NCBI GenBank assembly: GCA_964568625.1
Contig: CAZMQG010000003.1
Span: forward strand, 44,166-108,165
Reading direction: 5' to 3'
DNA: 64,000 nucleotides
Source: an uncultured Pseudomonadota bacterium
GTDB lineage: Bacteria; Babelota; Babeliae; Babelales; RVW-14
Both the position numbers and the translations under genes were made by a program. The notes beneath the pieces were generated by a model, which made no database searches, had not been told where the DNA came from, and saw nothing but the letters and a program-made list of their open reading frames with translations. Shown here in pieces: positions 1-9,646 of the stretch; the stretch's first letter is position 1; each line of letters starts with the position of its first letter.

Positions 1-642
1 AAACCAATCGATTGCAACCAAGGCAAATGGTAGCCCAACAATAATTTCTTTAGATCCTGTTCCAAATGCAGCAAAGATAAATGACACCACAAATAAACAG
101 TATTTTACAATTTGATTTGTACTATAAACTGCACAGGCAAACGCTAAAATGGTTGCAAAAACAAAAAACGCAACAAGCCCCTCCAATCTCATTTGAGTTA
201 TGTAAGTCACAGTTTGAGTTTGAACCGGATGTAGTAGAAAAAGAGCTGTAGTTAAAAGTGAAATTATATATGCATTTTTTTGAACAAATTCATTTTTCTT
301 AAATTTTGAAAGCAATAGAAAGAGTAAACTAAAAATCATCCATGCTATTACCAGATGTAAACATACATCAAAAATACGATATGCAAACGGATTTTGCTTC
401 CAATTAACATAGGTGTACTGATTCAAAATTCTTGAAATCCAACGAGAATTTGCAAAAAACATTCCCTTAATATCCAACGTTCTTGCATGAATGTAGTTAA
501 TAATTGTTGGCAAATCGTCAAAAACAAACCCATAAACTAAAGTTGGATAATAAATTAAAAACGTAACGGCAAGTAAACTCAAAGGTGCCAAAATTTTTGG
601 CACCAAACCTTTCTTACAAATAGTGACAAAAACGTTTGTCAT
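1..642 (-). CDS. TMTC-like GT-C membrane glycosyltransferase-family protein, N-terminal part (3' end lies outside the window)
   Basis: This ORF is missing from the ORF track because it runs off the window edge. My own minus-strand translation from the ATG at 642-640 reads MTNVFVTICKKGLVPKILAPLSLLAVTFLIYYPTLVYGFVFDDLPTI...LLHPVQTQTVTYITQMRLEGL. I checked every in-frame triplet down to nt 1 and found no stop. It is a paralog of the N-terminal multi-TM domain of 663..3062, sharing the F.FDD and LLHPVQTQTV(S/T)Y motifs. Only 20 nt separate it from the upstream stop. Confidence 0.7.
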   Translation of the reverse strand, partial: MTNVFVTICKKGLVPKILAPLSLLAVTFLIYYPTLVYGFVFDDLPTIINYIHARTLDIKGMFFANSRWISRILNQYTYVNWKQNPFAYRIFDVCLHLVIAWMIFSLLFLLLSKFKKNEFVQKNAYIISLLTTALFLLHPVQTQTVTYITQMRLEGLVAFFVFATILAFACAVYSTNQIVKYCLFVVSFIFAAFGTGSKEIIVGLPFALVAIDWF

Positions 643-662
643 GAATTATTCCCTTTTTAAAA

Positions 663-3062
663 TTAGCTCTGCTTAATGCTTTTTTTACCGGATGTTTGTT
701 TTTCAAGGGTAACGGTCTGTTTTAGGGCAACAGCTTTCTTGAAATCAGTCAGAGTAATTTTATTTCCGTTTCTGGATACCTGATCCTGTAATGCAAGTCT
801 CATTTTTTCATTTCCAATAATCTTTTTGAATTCATCTGGGGCGTTAAGTTTTTCAAGCTCGGCCAAATGAGCCTTAGCCTCATCCATCTTATTCATTTTT
901 TCTAAACAGTGAGTTATTCTGAAAAACGCTTGTGGAAGAGGCTGAGGAAGCCCTGTAATCTTTTTAAATAACTCCATAGCTGCAGCATAATCGCCTTTAG
1001 CAAATACAGCCTCAGCCAAATTAAAGAGATAACGACCTTCCAAAGGATTCTTGTTTACTAATTTATTATAAATTTTTAATGCTTGATCATATTTTTGAAG
1101 CATATAATATGCATTGGCAAGATTAAACCAAACATTGTCATTCTCAACCCCACTATTTACAACTGTCTCAAATGCTTTAGCAGCTTCTGCATATTTATGC
1201 ATTCGAATACTCATTTGTCCGAATGTAAAGAATCCATCAGCGTTATCAAGATCACCTTCAACGGCTTTTTTAAAATGCTCCCAAGCCAACTCTTCCTTAT
1301 TTTGCTCTAAGAAAAGACGTCCGAGATTATACCAAGCCTTTCCATAATAAGGTCTAAGTTCAATAGCTTTTCTTAAAATTCTTTCGGCATCATCATACTG
1401 TTTTTTCTTGATAAAAAGAGTTCCAAGATTATTCAATGCTTCCGGATAATTTGGACACAAATTAATCGCAGCTTTTAACGATTCAATTGCTTTATCTGTC
1501 TCTTCTTTTAATGAGTATGCAACAGCCAAGTTACTCAAAGGATCTGAATAATGTTTATCCAACTCAATTGCTTTTAAATAAGCAACAATCGATTCATCTA
1601 TTCGTCCCGCTTCAGAAAGAGCTACTCCAAAATTGTTATGAACTCTAGCTTTTAATGGAGCCTTTTTAACATTATCTTCCCAAAATACAACACATGAAGA
1701 CCACACCAAATTTCTGCTATATGTCGCAACGCCGGAAAGTGCAAGAATTAAGGTCAATGCGGCTAATGGAACATGCTTTGCATATGGAGAATCAGAAACG
1801 GCTTTTATTCTTTGCAAAATCCAAGAAACCGCTGCAACAATTATAACTGCAATCACAAACAACCAACCCATAGAAGCCAAATATGTTTTGTAATCACAAA
1901 CTAGTTCGGGCGAAGGAATGATTGTTACTCTAGGAGCCATTGCAACCAAAAACCAAAACAATCCAAATGTATAAAACGTGTTAATTTTTTTGAATGCAAA
2001 ATAAACAGCAAGACCAATCATACTAAGCAATGCAATCAATGATGAAATTACCTCTGCGCTCCAAAAACTTTTTGCAACAATCCAATCATATTCAACGCTT
2101 ATATTAAAAGGCCAAACAAACATCCACAAATAATGTAAAACAACCTTGAATTCTGAATATAAAAATTGGAATGGGGTAATTATATCATATGGGTCAGGTG
2201 TCAAAATATTTCCCCTGTTATTTCCCGTTACAACACTGAAAGTTATAGCATCAGTTGCAAACTTAGGTGAAAGATAATGAACCATTAATCCAAAGATATA
2301 GCTTGTAAATACAACGTGAACCCATAATCTTGACTTAAAAGAATCCCAGTTTTCCTGCGAAACAAAAAACCAATCAACTAAAATCATCAAAAGCGGAGTC
2401 ACTATAACCATCTCTTTTGTTCCACAGGCAAGCAATCCTGCCACAAACATCAACGTTCCAAGCAAACTCTTTGTTAAAACTGTTCTGGCTGAAACCATTT
2501 TTACAAAGCATAAAACAATTAAAAGCGAAAAAAATGTTGCAAGCCCTTCAATTCTTGCTTGAATAACATAAGAGACAGTTTGCGTTTGCACCGGATGTAA
2601 CAAAAAAAGCCCGGCAGACACGAATGCCAAAATTGTAGAATTTTGCGAAAAAAATGGCTTTTCTGTTAAATGCTCACATAATGCTTTGATCAAATAAAAA
2701 ATCACAACACCTGCAAGAATATGTATTACTAAATTGAATGCTCGGTAATAAAATTGATCAAAACGCCCAATCTCAAAATTCATTCGATTAAGCCAATCAC
2801 CCAACCAACGAGAATTTGTCCACCAACGAGCAATCGGATTATCGAAACGAATCGCAAATTTTTTGGTAATATTTGCAATATCATCAAACTGGAATGGATA
2901 ATTTAACGAAAAATAATAAAAAAATGTTGTTAACAAAACAAGAATTGATGGTGGGATAAGTGCTTGCCAATTAAAAAAATCTTTAAACGACTTGACTGCA
3001 GCACTACTACTACTCTTTTCTAAATCGGTTAACTGCCTTTTTTTAGCCATAGTACTCCTCAT
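663..3062 (-). CDS. Multi-pass membrane protein with C-terminal TPR array (TMTC/DUF1736-like GT-C glycosyltransferase family)
   Basis: 799-aa ORF. The N-terminal ~450 aa are hydrophobic with many TM segments and carry FQFDD and LLHPVQTQTVSYVIQ motifs. The C-terminal ~330 aa are repeated 34-aa TPR units (A..YL.AIELD..Y..A..NLG...). The ATG at 3050 (MAKKRQL) is preceded by GAGGAG and is a plausible true start. Confidence 0.85.
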   Translation of the reverse strand: MRSTMAKKRQLTDLEKSSSSAAVKSFKDFFNWQALIPPSILVLLTTFFYYFSLNYPFQFDDIANITKKFAIRFDNPIARWWTNSRWLGDWLNRMNFEIGRFDQFYYRAFNLVIHILAGVVIFYLIKALCEHLTEKPFFSQNSTILAFVSAGLFLLHPVQTQTVSYVIQARIEGLATFFSLLIVLCFVKMVSARTVLTKSLLGTLMFVAGLLACGTKEMVIVTPLLMILVDWFFVSQENWDSFKSRLWVHVVFTSYIFGLMVHYLSPKFATDAITFSVVTGNNRGNILTPDPYDIITPFQFLYSEFKVVLHYLWMFVWPFNISVEYDWIVAKSFWSAEVISSLIALLSMIGLAVYFAFKKINTFYTFGLFWFLVAMAPRVTIIPSPELVCDYKTYLASMGWLFVIAVIIVAAVSWILQRIKAVSDSPYAKHVPLAALTLILALSGVATYSRNLVWSSCVVFWEDNVKKAPLKARVHNNFGVALSEAGRIDESIVAYLKAIELDKHYSDPLSNLAVAYSLKEETDKAIESLKAAINLCPNYPEALNNLGTLFIKKKQYDDAERILRKAIELRPYYGKAWYNLGRLFLEQNKEELAWEHFKKAVEGDLDNADGFFTFGQMSIRMHKYAEAAKAFETVVNSGVENDNVWFNLANAYYMLQKYDQALKIYNKLVNKNPLEGRYLFNLAEAVFAKGDYAAAMELFKKITGLPQPLPQAFFRITHCLEKMNKMDEAKAHLAELEKLNAPDEFKKIIGNEKMRLALQDQVSRNGNKITLTDFKKAVALKQTVTLEKQTSGKKSIKQS

Positions 3063-3279
3063 TCCCCTTTAAAAAACAGACTTACATTTAAAAGAACAAA
3101 ACTACAATGCAAATTCTAAAGAAAAAAAACAAGATGTCGATAAATTTATTAAATATTAGGTTTATTAAATCTCAATCGATTTGACCATATCCTGTTTATT
3201 TTTTATCCTATGGATTATTAACTAAATTACTTGATAACTAATTTAAATGATATTTTAATAATTAAGTATAGGAATAAAA

Positions 3280-3912
3280 ATGACTCAATCTTTAGCTACT
3301 TTTTTTGCACAATTAGCAATCCTGCTACCCGGAGTTCTTGTAGGTATATCATTTCATGAATTTGCGCATGCATTTGTAGCTTATCTCCTCGGGGATAGTA
3401 CAGCAAAACAACAGGGGCGTATGACGGTAAATCCATTATCTCATATTGATTTTTTGGGAATATTTTGTCTTATTTTATTCAAAATTGGGTGGGCAAAGCC
3501 AGTTCAAATTGACAACAGAAATTTTAAATACCCCAAAATCTCGTCCATTTTAATCTCACTAGCAGGACCATTTGCCAATTTTCTAGTCGCATTATCCATT
3601 ATGTATTTAATGCTGTATTTTCCAATGCAATATTTTAGCAAAACATTTGCTCTTAGCTTTTACCAACTCTTTGGAGAAATGATTTACATTAATATAGGCT
3701 TGGGAGTATTTAATCTCATTCCAATTCCACCACTTGATGGCAGCCATATTCTTACAGTATTTTTAGCCGATAAATTCCCTAACTTTATTTTATGGCTTTA
3801 TCGATACTCATTTATAATTTTATTACTTTTAATACTTCTCCCTCAAACGCAAGGATTCTTGGTAAATTTAATATCTATAGCAGAATTTTTGCTTCAAAAA
3901 TTAGTATTTTAA
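3280..3912 (+). CDS. Site-2 protease family (peptidase M50) integral membrane metalloprotease
   Basis: It has the HExxH motif FHEFAHA in the first TM region and the second M50 signature NLIPIPPLDGSHIL. The protein has about 6 hydrophobic segments. Confidence 0.85.
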   Translation: MTQSLATFFAQLAILLPGVLVGISFHEFAHAFVAYLLGDSTAKQQGRMTVNPLSHIDFLGIFCLILFKIGWAKPVQIDNRNFKYPKISSILISLAGPFANFLVALSIMYLMLYFPMQYFSKTFALSFYQLFGEMIYINIGLGVFNLIPIPPLDGSHILTVFLADKFPNFILWLYRYSFIILLLLILLPQTQGFLVNLISIAEFLLQKLVF

Positions 3913-3993
3913 CACCAATTGTCATCCTGAACTTGTTTCAGGATCCATGGATTAATAAGTCTCCTAATATTAAAATAAACGAAAGAAGTAAAC

Positions 3994-5193
3994 ATGAAGA
4001 TGGATGTAGAAACGGTAATCAAAGTTTTAAGAACCGGAACAATTCAAATAACTCCAGAAGATGATTTACGCAAAAAGCTACAAAAAGGTAAACCTCTTAG
4101 AATTAAACTTGGAATGGATCCTACGGCGCCAGACCTTCATCTTGGTCACGCAGTAGTTTTAAGTAAACTTCGTCAATTTCAGGATCTTGGGCACGAAATT
4201 ATTTTTTTAATCGGTGATTATACCGCCAGAATTGGTGATCCTACAGGCAGATCAAAAACTCGTCCCCCGCTAACTGAAGAACAGATAAAAATAAACGCAA
4301 AAACCTATTTTGACCAAAGCAGTAAAATTTTAGATCCTGCAAAAACACGTGTTCACTACAATTCGGAATGGCTCTCGTTATTAAGTTTTGCTGACTTAAT
4401 TAAAATCGCAGGAACACTTACTCTAGCACGTTTAATTGAACGAGAAGATTTTCAAAAAAGATTGGTCGAAAACTCCCCTATCGGATTCCATGAACTTTTA
4501 TACCCAATCATGCAGGGTTATGATTCTGTTGCATTAAAAGCAGATATTGAACTTGGTGGTACCGACCAAACTTTTAATTTGCTTATGGGAAGATATTTAC
4601 AAGAACAGTTTAACCAAGAGCCACAGGTGATTATAACAGTCCCACTTCTTGAAGGCCTTGACGGCGTACAAAAAATGTCTAAAAGTTACGGAAATTACGT
4701 TGGACTTTGGGAACCGGCAGAGCAAGCGTTTGGCAAACTTATGTCAATCTCAGACACACTCATGTGGCGCTACTACAGCTTACTACTTTTAAGAACGGAT
4801 GAAGAAATTGCAAAGATGCAAAACGCTGTTGCTGCTGCAGAAATGCACCCAATGGCGCTTAAAAAAGAGATGGCATTAGGAATCGTTGCACGTTTCTGGT
4901 CCACGCAAGAAGCAGAAAACGCAAAGAAACAGTTCGAAGCTCTTTTCCAAAATAAAGATTACTCTCAAGCAACCGAAGTTGAATTATCAAAAGACACTCC
5001 AAATCCAATTTGGATCGTTGATTTAATTAAGCAACTTGGAGCAGTTAAGACATCTTCCGATGCTAAACGCTTAATCGAATCAAGCGCTGTTCAAATTGAT
5101 GATGTTCCCGTTCAAGAATTTAAAGCGGAGATAAAGTGGACATCAGGTATGATTGTCAAAGTTGGAAAACATAAAATTTATAAAATTAAGTAG
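3994..5193 (+). CDS. tyrS: Tyrosine--tRNA ligase
   Basis: Class I HIGH motif (PDLHLGHAV) and KMSKS motif ([10 protein letters not shown]). It also has the TyrRS-typical [14 protein letters not shown] and [10 protein letters not shown] motifs and a C-terminal S4-like domain. Confidence 0.95.
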   Translation: MKMDVETVIKVLRTGTIQITPEDDLRKKLQKGKPLRIKLGMDPTAPDLHLGHAVVLSKLRQFQDLGHEIIFLIGDYTARIGDPTGRSKTRPPLTEEQIKINAKTYFDQSSKILDPAKTRVHYNSEWLSLLSFADLIKIAGTLTLARLIEREDFQKRLVENSPIGFHELLYPIMQGYDSVALKADIELGGTDQTFNLLMGRYLQEQFNQEPQVIITVPLLEGLDGVQKMSKSYGNYVGLWEPAEQAFGKLMSISDTLMWRYYSLLLLRTDEEIAKMQNAVAAAEMHPMALKKEMALGIVARFWSTQEAENAKKQFEALFQNKDYSQATEVELSKDTPNPIWIVDLIKQLGAVKTSSDAKRLIESSAVQIDDVPVQEFKAEIKWTSGMIVKVGKHKIYKIK

Positions 5194-5210
5194 TTAATTT
5201 AAAGTTAAAT

Positions 5211-5245
5211 AAAAGAGCCCTAGAAAATCGAGGGCTCTTTTATAT
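5211..5245. terminator. Bidirectional rho-independent terminator between convergent tyrS and 5271..5789
   Basis: Perfect 11-bp stem: AAAAGAGCCCT (5211-5221) pairs with AGGGCTCTTTT (5231-5241), with a 9-nt loop. A/T runs flank it on both sides. Confidence 0.8.
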
Positions 5246-5270
5246 TCAAATATACTGGAATAACCTCGAT

Positions 5271-5789
5271 TTACTCACCTTTATATATTTCATCATAAAA
5301 CATTAACCAGTAACCCCAATTAATACCAATCTGTACACCAAGCATAAACGAACAATAACGTTGCGAAAACCAATTTGTAATTAACATCTGCTTTCCCAAA
5401 GATATGGCTGTCACAAAGCTAATGCCTTGTGCTAATGCATATGAAACCATCATAAGAAGAGCAGTTTCCAAACAAGCTACAATCGTCACAGCGATAGAGC
5501 CAGAAACAATCGGATGCCTTAATAAATTTTTGATTCTCTGAGATAGTGTTACTTTCAACAATTCTTTATCGTTACCACAAGCATCGACTACATCTTTAAC
5601 GTTTTTAGCAGCCTGTTCAACAGCTTGTTGTCGTTCAGTTGAAGTTAATTGAGATGATTGCTCTGCAATTGCAGTTACAACTACCTGATTTACTTGATCT
5701 TGTTTTGCCAAATTTAAATCAGCTACATCTGTTTGCATTGCACAAGCAATACCAGACCATAATACTAAAAATAACAATAACTTTTTCAT
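5271..5789 (-). CDS. Hypothetical secreted/membrane protein
   Basis: I prefer the ATG at 5789 (MKKLLLFLVLWSGIACAMQ, signal-peptide-like), which has a GGGAGG RBS 7 nt upstream. The C-terminal half has 2-3 hydrophobic segments. I recognise no family. Confidence 0.6.
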   Translation of the reverse strand: MKKLLLFLVLWSGIACAMQTDVADLNLAKQDQVNQVVVTAIAEQSSQLTSTERQQAVEQAAKNVKDVVDACGNDKELLKVTLSQRIKNLLRHPIVSGSIAVTIVACLETALLMMVSYALAQGISFVTAISLGKQMLITNWFSQRYCSFMLGVQIGINWGYWLMFYDEIYKGE

Positions 5790-5982
5790 AAGAAAACCTC
5801 CCAATAGAAAACCCCAACCCAAAAACAAAACACAACCTCATTAATTCATGATAAGAGAAAGGGGTTTTGATTGCAAACGCCCACCTGCAAGAGCATACAG
5901 ACATGTTATGATTGAAAATAAACCAGCTAGTCTTCGAATATTTTTTTCGATTTGTAATAATAAAGAAACACTAAGACACATC

Positions 5983-6912
5983 TCATCTGTGTTCAAACAC
6001 TTCTTTCCATGGCGTTACGCCAACAGCTTCATAAATCAATTTTAAATAACACAAAGTTAGCTTCTGGCGTTCTAAATCTGTGCTAGCAAGCTCAAACCCT
6101 AATTTTAGTGCACAAGAGAGTGATGCAACTTTTATCTCTTTTTCTTTTACAGCCCTTGAATAAAGCATGTCGGAACAAGTCACAAATCGATCCTTGTCAC
6201 GATCCGAAGCAATGGATCGTTTAAGTTTGATTTCAATCTGAGACCCTGAAGTGCTAAATTTTGCCGATTCTATACCTCCATTCCCACCAAATGGCACCTC
6301 TAAAAATCCTCCAATAGAATCTCTTAGTTTAATAGAATCACTCCAAACCCCCGATACCATAACATTGCCATTTAAAATATATGATGTTTCTGATTTTTCA
6401 GAGTCCTCAAGACAGTCTTTATTGGAAAACACATACAAACACCGTCCTGTTTGAGCATCCCACAATCTAACGGTATCATCATAAGAGGATGAAAGAAAAA
6501 GTCTTCCATCTGGACTAAAAGCCAATGATGTTATTTGAGCACTATGCCCCAAAAGCTCGCATTTTTTACAACAAGTTACAGCATCCCAAAGAATTAATGA
6601 GTTATCAACCGCTAGAGATGCAACAGTCGTACAATCCAGATTAAATAACAAAGTTTTAACTACTGCACGATGGCCCCAGTATAAACTTTTGGCTCTTTTT
6701 TTTTGAACATCCCAAAAAATTACTTTCCCATTTTTATGCCCCGAGACCGCAATATTCCGCCCAAAATTAACCACTTTTGCGGTTAAATCATTATGATATG
6801 GCGTGAAATCAAATAAATTATCCAATGGATTATCCATGGATAAAAGCATTCTCGTATTAATTAAAAGCAATAGTAAAAATATCAAATCTTTGAAAAACTT
6901 TTTGGAAATCAT
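5983..6912 (-). CDS. WD40-repeat protein with N-terminal signal/anchor
   Basis: WD40 blades are visible: GHKNGKVIFWD, GHRAVVKTLLF...LILWD, GHSAQITSLAFSPDGRLFLSSSYDDTVRLWD. The track start at 7026 is a TTG codon. The first ATG, at 6912, gives MISKKFFKDLIFLLLLLINTRMLLS, a hydrophobic leader. Confidence 0.8.
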   Translation of the reverse strand: MISKKFFKDLIFLLLLLINTRMLLSMDNPLDNLFDFTPYHNDLTAKVVNFGRNIAVSGHKNGKVIFWDVQKKRAKSLYWGHRAVVKTLLFNLDCTTVASLAVDNSLILWDAVTCCKKCELLGHSAQITSLAFSPDGRLFLSSSYDDTVRLWDAQTGRCLYVFSNKDCLEDSEKSETSYILNGNVMVSGVWSDSIKLRDSIGGFLEVPFGGNGGIESAKFSTSGSQIEIKLKRSIASDRDKDRFVTCSDMLYSRAVKEKEIKVASLSCALKLGFELASTDLERQKLTLCYLKLIYEAVGVTPWKEVFEHR

Positions 6913-7123
6913 TGTTATTATCAACCCTTTTTTAAGCTTATATACCAATTGCAACTTAAGTTTATTTTTTTTAAATTTTTTCGACCAATAGAAACATGTC
7001 GCCAGATTATACCTAGAATAGCCCAAAAATCAATTTCTTAATGCCATTTTTTGGTTTTTGCGCTACAATCAAGCACATATTGTACATTAAGAGACAAAAG
7101 CATAGCTAAATTTGGGCAAATAA

Positions 7124-8809
7124 ATGAACAACTTAAAAAGATTATTAATTTATACAAAGCAGTACTGGCAAAGACTGACATACTCATTAATATTTGCAGC
7201 ACTCTTTGGACTTACATCAGCAGCACCAACATATCTTTTAAAACAAACAATTGATGAAGTATTTATAAAAAGTTATAGCCATTTAATTATTCCATTCGTT
7301 TTATTATTTGTGCTTTTCTTCATGCTTAAAGGTATTTTCATGTACCTTTCATCGTACTGTATGTACTGGGTAAGCAACAAGGTTTTAAATGACCTTCGTA
7401 AAGATCTTTTTTCACGAATGATCCATTATCCGATTTCATTTTTCCAGGAAAGATCAACCGGAGTATTACTATCTCATTACTTAAATGATATTCAAATGAT
7501 TCAAAATGTTGCAGCCTTGGCAGTAAAAGATGGAGTGCGCAGTATTTTTGAAGGAACATTTTTACTCGGCTTTGCACTGTACCAAAACTGGAAGCTGTCA
7601 GCAGTGATGCTCATCGTGGGTCCTATCATTATAGGTTCAAGCCGAAGGTTGGGAAAAGCACGAAAAGATGCATCTTTTGGAATCCAAAATGAGATGGGAA
7701 AAGTAAGCAATATGCTAACTGAATCCTTTACAGGTATACGCGAAATTAAAGCATTTAATTCAGAAAATACAGAGTGCTCTCGTTTTACTGATTTACTTTC
7801 AAGATGTTTCAGATCAATTATGCGCAACGTCAGAGTTGAAGCTGCAGCTCCTGCTTTAATTGAGGCAATAGCCGTTACAGGAGGTGGCTTTGTATTCTAT
7901 TTTGCAGCAAAACAAGTTATAAGTGGCGAAATTACGGCAGGAACTTTAACATCATTTTTTGCAGCAATTTTACTTGCCTACCAACCATTAAAAAAATTGG
8001 TTGCTCTTTATTCAGAAGTCCAGTATGGCCTAGCCGCTGCAGATAGAATATTTTCTACAATGGACCTGGTCTATCCTGCCACTAAAAATAGAGACCTTGA
8101 GTTAACAACATTCAAAGACCAGTTGTGTTGTAAGAACGTATCATTTGCGTACAACAATAATACAATTGTATTTCAAAATATTAACCTTACAATCAAAAAA
8201 GGCGAATGTATTGGAATTGTCGGCCCATCAGGTGCCGGGAAAAGCACACTGTGTGATTTGTTACTCGGATTTATCACTCCAACTTCAGGCCAAATAACAA
8301 TTGATGAACAAGATATTTCAAAGGTAACTTATATTAGCTTACGAAATCACATTGGTTATGTCGGACAACGTACATTTCTATTTAATGATACAATTTACAG
8401 TAATGTTTTATACGCACAGCCAAATGCAACTGACCGCGAAGTATTAAATGCATGTAAAGCCGCTCATGTTGATGAGTTTGTAAATGACTTGCCACTTGGG
8501 TACTACACAAATGTTGGAGAGAACGGATCATTACTTTCCGGTGGACAAAAACAACGAATAACAATTGCCAGAACATTATTAAAATCCCCAGAAATAATCA
8601 TTTTCGACGAGGCCACATCGTCATTGGACCAAAAATCTGAAAAAGTCATTCAACAAGCAATTTATGATTTAAAAGGGTCAAAAACTATAATCATTATCAC
8701 ACATAGGCCATCAATGCTAGATGGTGTTGATCGAATTTTCAACGTAAACGAAGGCCAAATAAAAGAAATAGCAAAAAGTACAACAACGCTTTTTGCTCAA
8801 ACAAATTAA
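7124..8809 (+). CDS. ABC exporter, fused permease/ATPase (MsbA-like lipid A/lipid flippase family)
   Basis: N-terminal 6-TM ABC exporter domain. Walker A GPSGAGKST, signature LSGGQKQRITIAR and Walker B IIIFDEATSSLD are all present. The MsbA versus other type I exporter assignment rests only on the diderm context. Confidence 0.85.
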   Translation: MNNLKRLLIYTKQYWQRLTYSLIFAALFGLTSAAPTYLLKQTIDEVFIKSYSHLIIPFVLLFVLFFMLKGIFMYLSSYCMYWVSNKVLNDLRKDLFSRMIHYPISFFQERSTGVLLSHYLNDIQMIQNVAALAVKDGVRSIFEGTFLLGFALYQNWKLSAVMLIVGPIIIGSSRRLGKARKDASFGIQNEMGKVSNMLTESFTGIREIKAFNSENTECSRFTDLLSRCFRSIMRNVRVEAAAPALIEAIAVTGGGFVFYFAAKQVISGEITAGTLTSFFAAILLAYQPLKKLVALYSEVQYGLAAADRIFSTMDLVYPATKNRDLELTTFKDQLCCKNVSFAYNNNTIVFQNINLTIKKGECIGIVGPSGAGKSTLCDLLLGFITPTSGQITIDEQDISKVTYISLRNHIGYVGQRTFLFNDTIYSNVLYAQPNATDREVLNACKAAHVDEFVNDLPLGYYTNVGENGSLLSGGQKQRITIARTLLKSPEIIIFDEATSSLDQKSEKVIQQAIYDLKGSKTIIIITHRPSMLDGVDRIFNVNEGQIKEIAKSTTTLFAQTN

Positions 8810-8949
8810 TCGAATACAACTTAGCTATTCTTAAAATTTTCCACATTACTTGCAAAAGTTATACAACTTACAGAAAATATCTTTTGTAAACGTTTTTAAT
8901 TTTCGCATTTTTTTATTTTTTTATTAAATTTATGTAGAAAGGTCTTGTA

Positions 8950-9585
8950 ATGAAGCTTTTCAATTATAGTCTTTTGCTTGGGTTATTGTTCACGAAATGT
9001 TTTGGAATGGGAACCCCCAACACAGAAACATTCGCTCATCCTAACCCTCTTGTAACCGCTATATTAGAGCAACTAAAAACAAAAACTGCAACACAAACTT
9101 TGCAACCAAAAGAATTCTGGGAAATGATGAAAAAATCCACAGATATGGGATCCTGTTTTTTTGGCGAATTCATTGGTAACGCAGAAGAAAAAGATCTTCG
9201 GATGGTCATTGAATACTTAATCAAATTTGGAAAAACCGATATATATGATTTTTATGAGTGTATTATCGAATGCACAGGATGTGATGGCATAACACCGCTA
9301 AATGAATTAATTCGACGCATACAATCGGAAGATTCATATATTTATAAACTTTTCCTACAACTCCTAGATCTAATTGCCAACCTCGATTCAATACAAATAA
9401 CTGATATATTGAATCAAAAAGACCTTTATGGAACAACCCCTATCATTACAGCACAACGAGAAAATAAATTTTACATTGCTAATGCAATAACCAGAATTTT
9501 TTTTAGTGATACCGGAGCAGCACAGTGTGATTATGAGTGCAGTTTTGATGGCACCCAGATTCAAAGAACAAAATCCCAACCTTAA
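8950..9585 (+). CDS. Hypothetical secreted protein, tandem paralog A
   Basis: Signal peptide MKLFNYSLLLGLLFTKCFG. It shares blocks with the next gene: EFWEMM, CFFGEFIGNAEEKDL..VIEYLIKFG, FYECIIECTGCDGITPLNELIRRIQSE.S.IYKLFLQLLD. It ends in RTKSQP. Confidence 0.75.
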   Translation: MKLFNYSLLLGLLFTKCFGMGTPNTETFAHPNPLVTAILEQLKTKTATQTLQPKEFWEMMKKSTDMGSCFFGEFIGNAEEKDLRMVIEYLIKFGKTDIYDFYECIIECTGCDGITPLNELIRRIQSEDSYIYKLFLQLLDLIANLDSIQITDILNQKDLYGTTPIITAQRENKFYIANAITRIFFSDTGAAQCDYECSFDGTQIQRTKSQP

Positions 9586-9646
9586 TTTTACTACACATCC
9601 ATATTTATCAACTTTTTATTCTCACAATATAGACAAGGATTTGTTT

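Noticed and set aside
3924-3944. 8-bp hairpin (ATCCTGAA/TTCAGGAT) in the 81-nt gap upstream of tyrS, considered as a T-box or attenuator leader.
   Set aside because: The gap is far too short for a T-box. It has no specifier or T-box consensus and no U-tract. At most it is a weak stem after the M50 protease gene.
6913-7026. Upstream extension of the WD40 ORF to 7026.
   Set aside because: The codon at 7026 is a TTG, and the extension (K-rich) precedes a canonical hydrophobic leader that begins at the first ATG (6912).
9506-9646. N-terminal extension of the second tandem paralog ORF, overlapping the end of the first gene.
   Set aside because: The ATG at 9647 yields a leader colinear with the paralog A signal peptide. 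The extension overlaps the upstream coding region in another frame.
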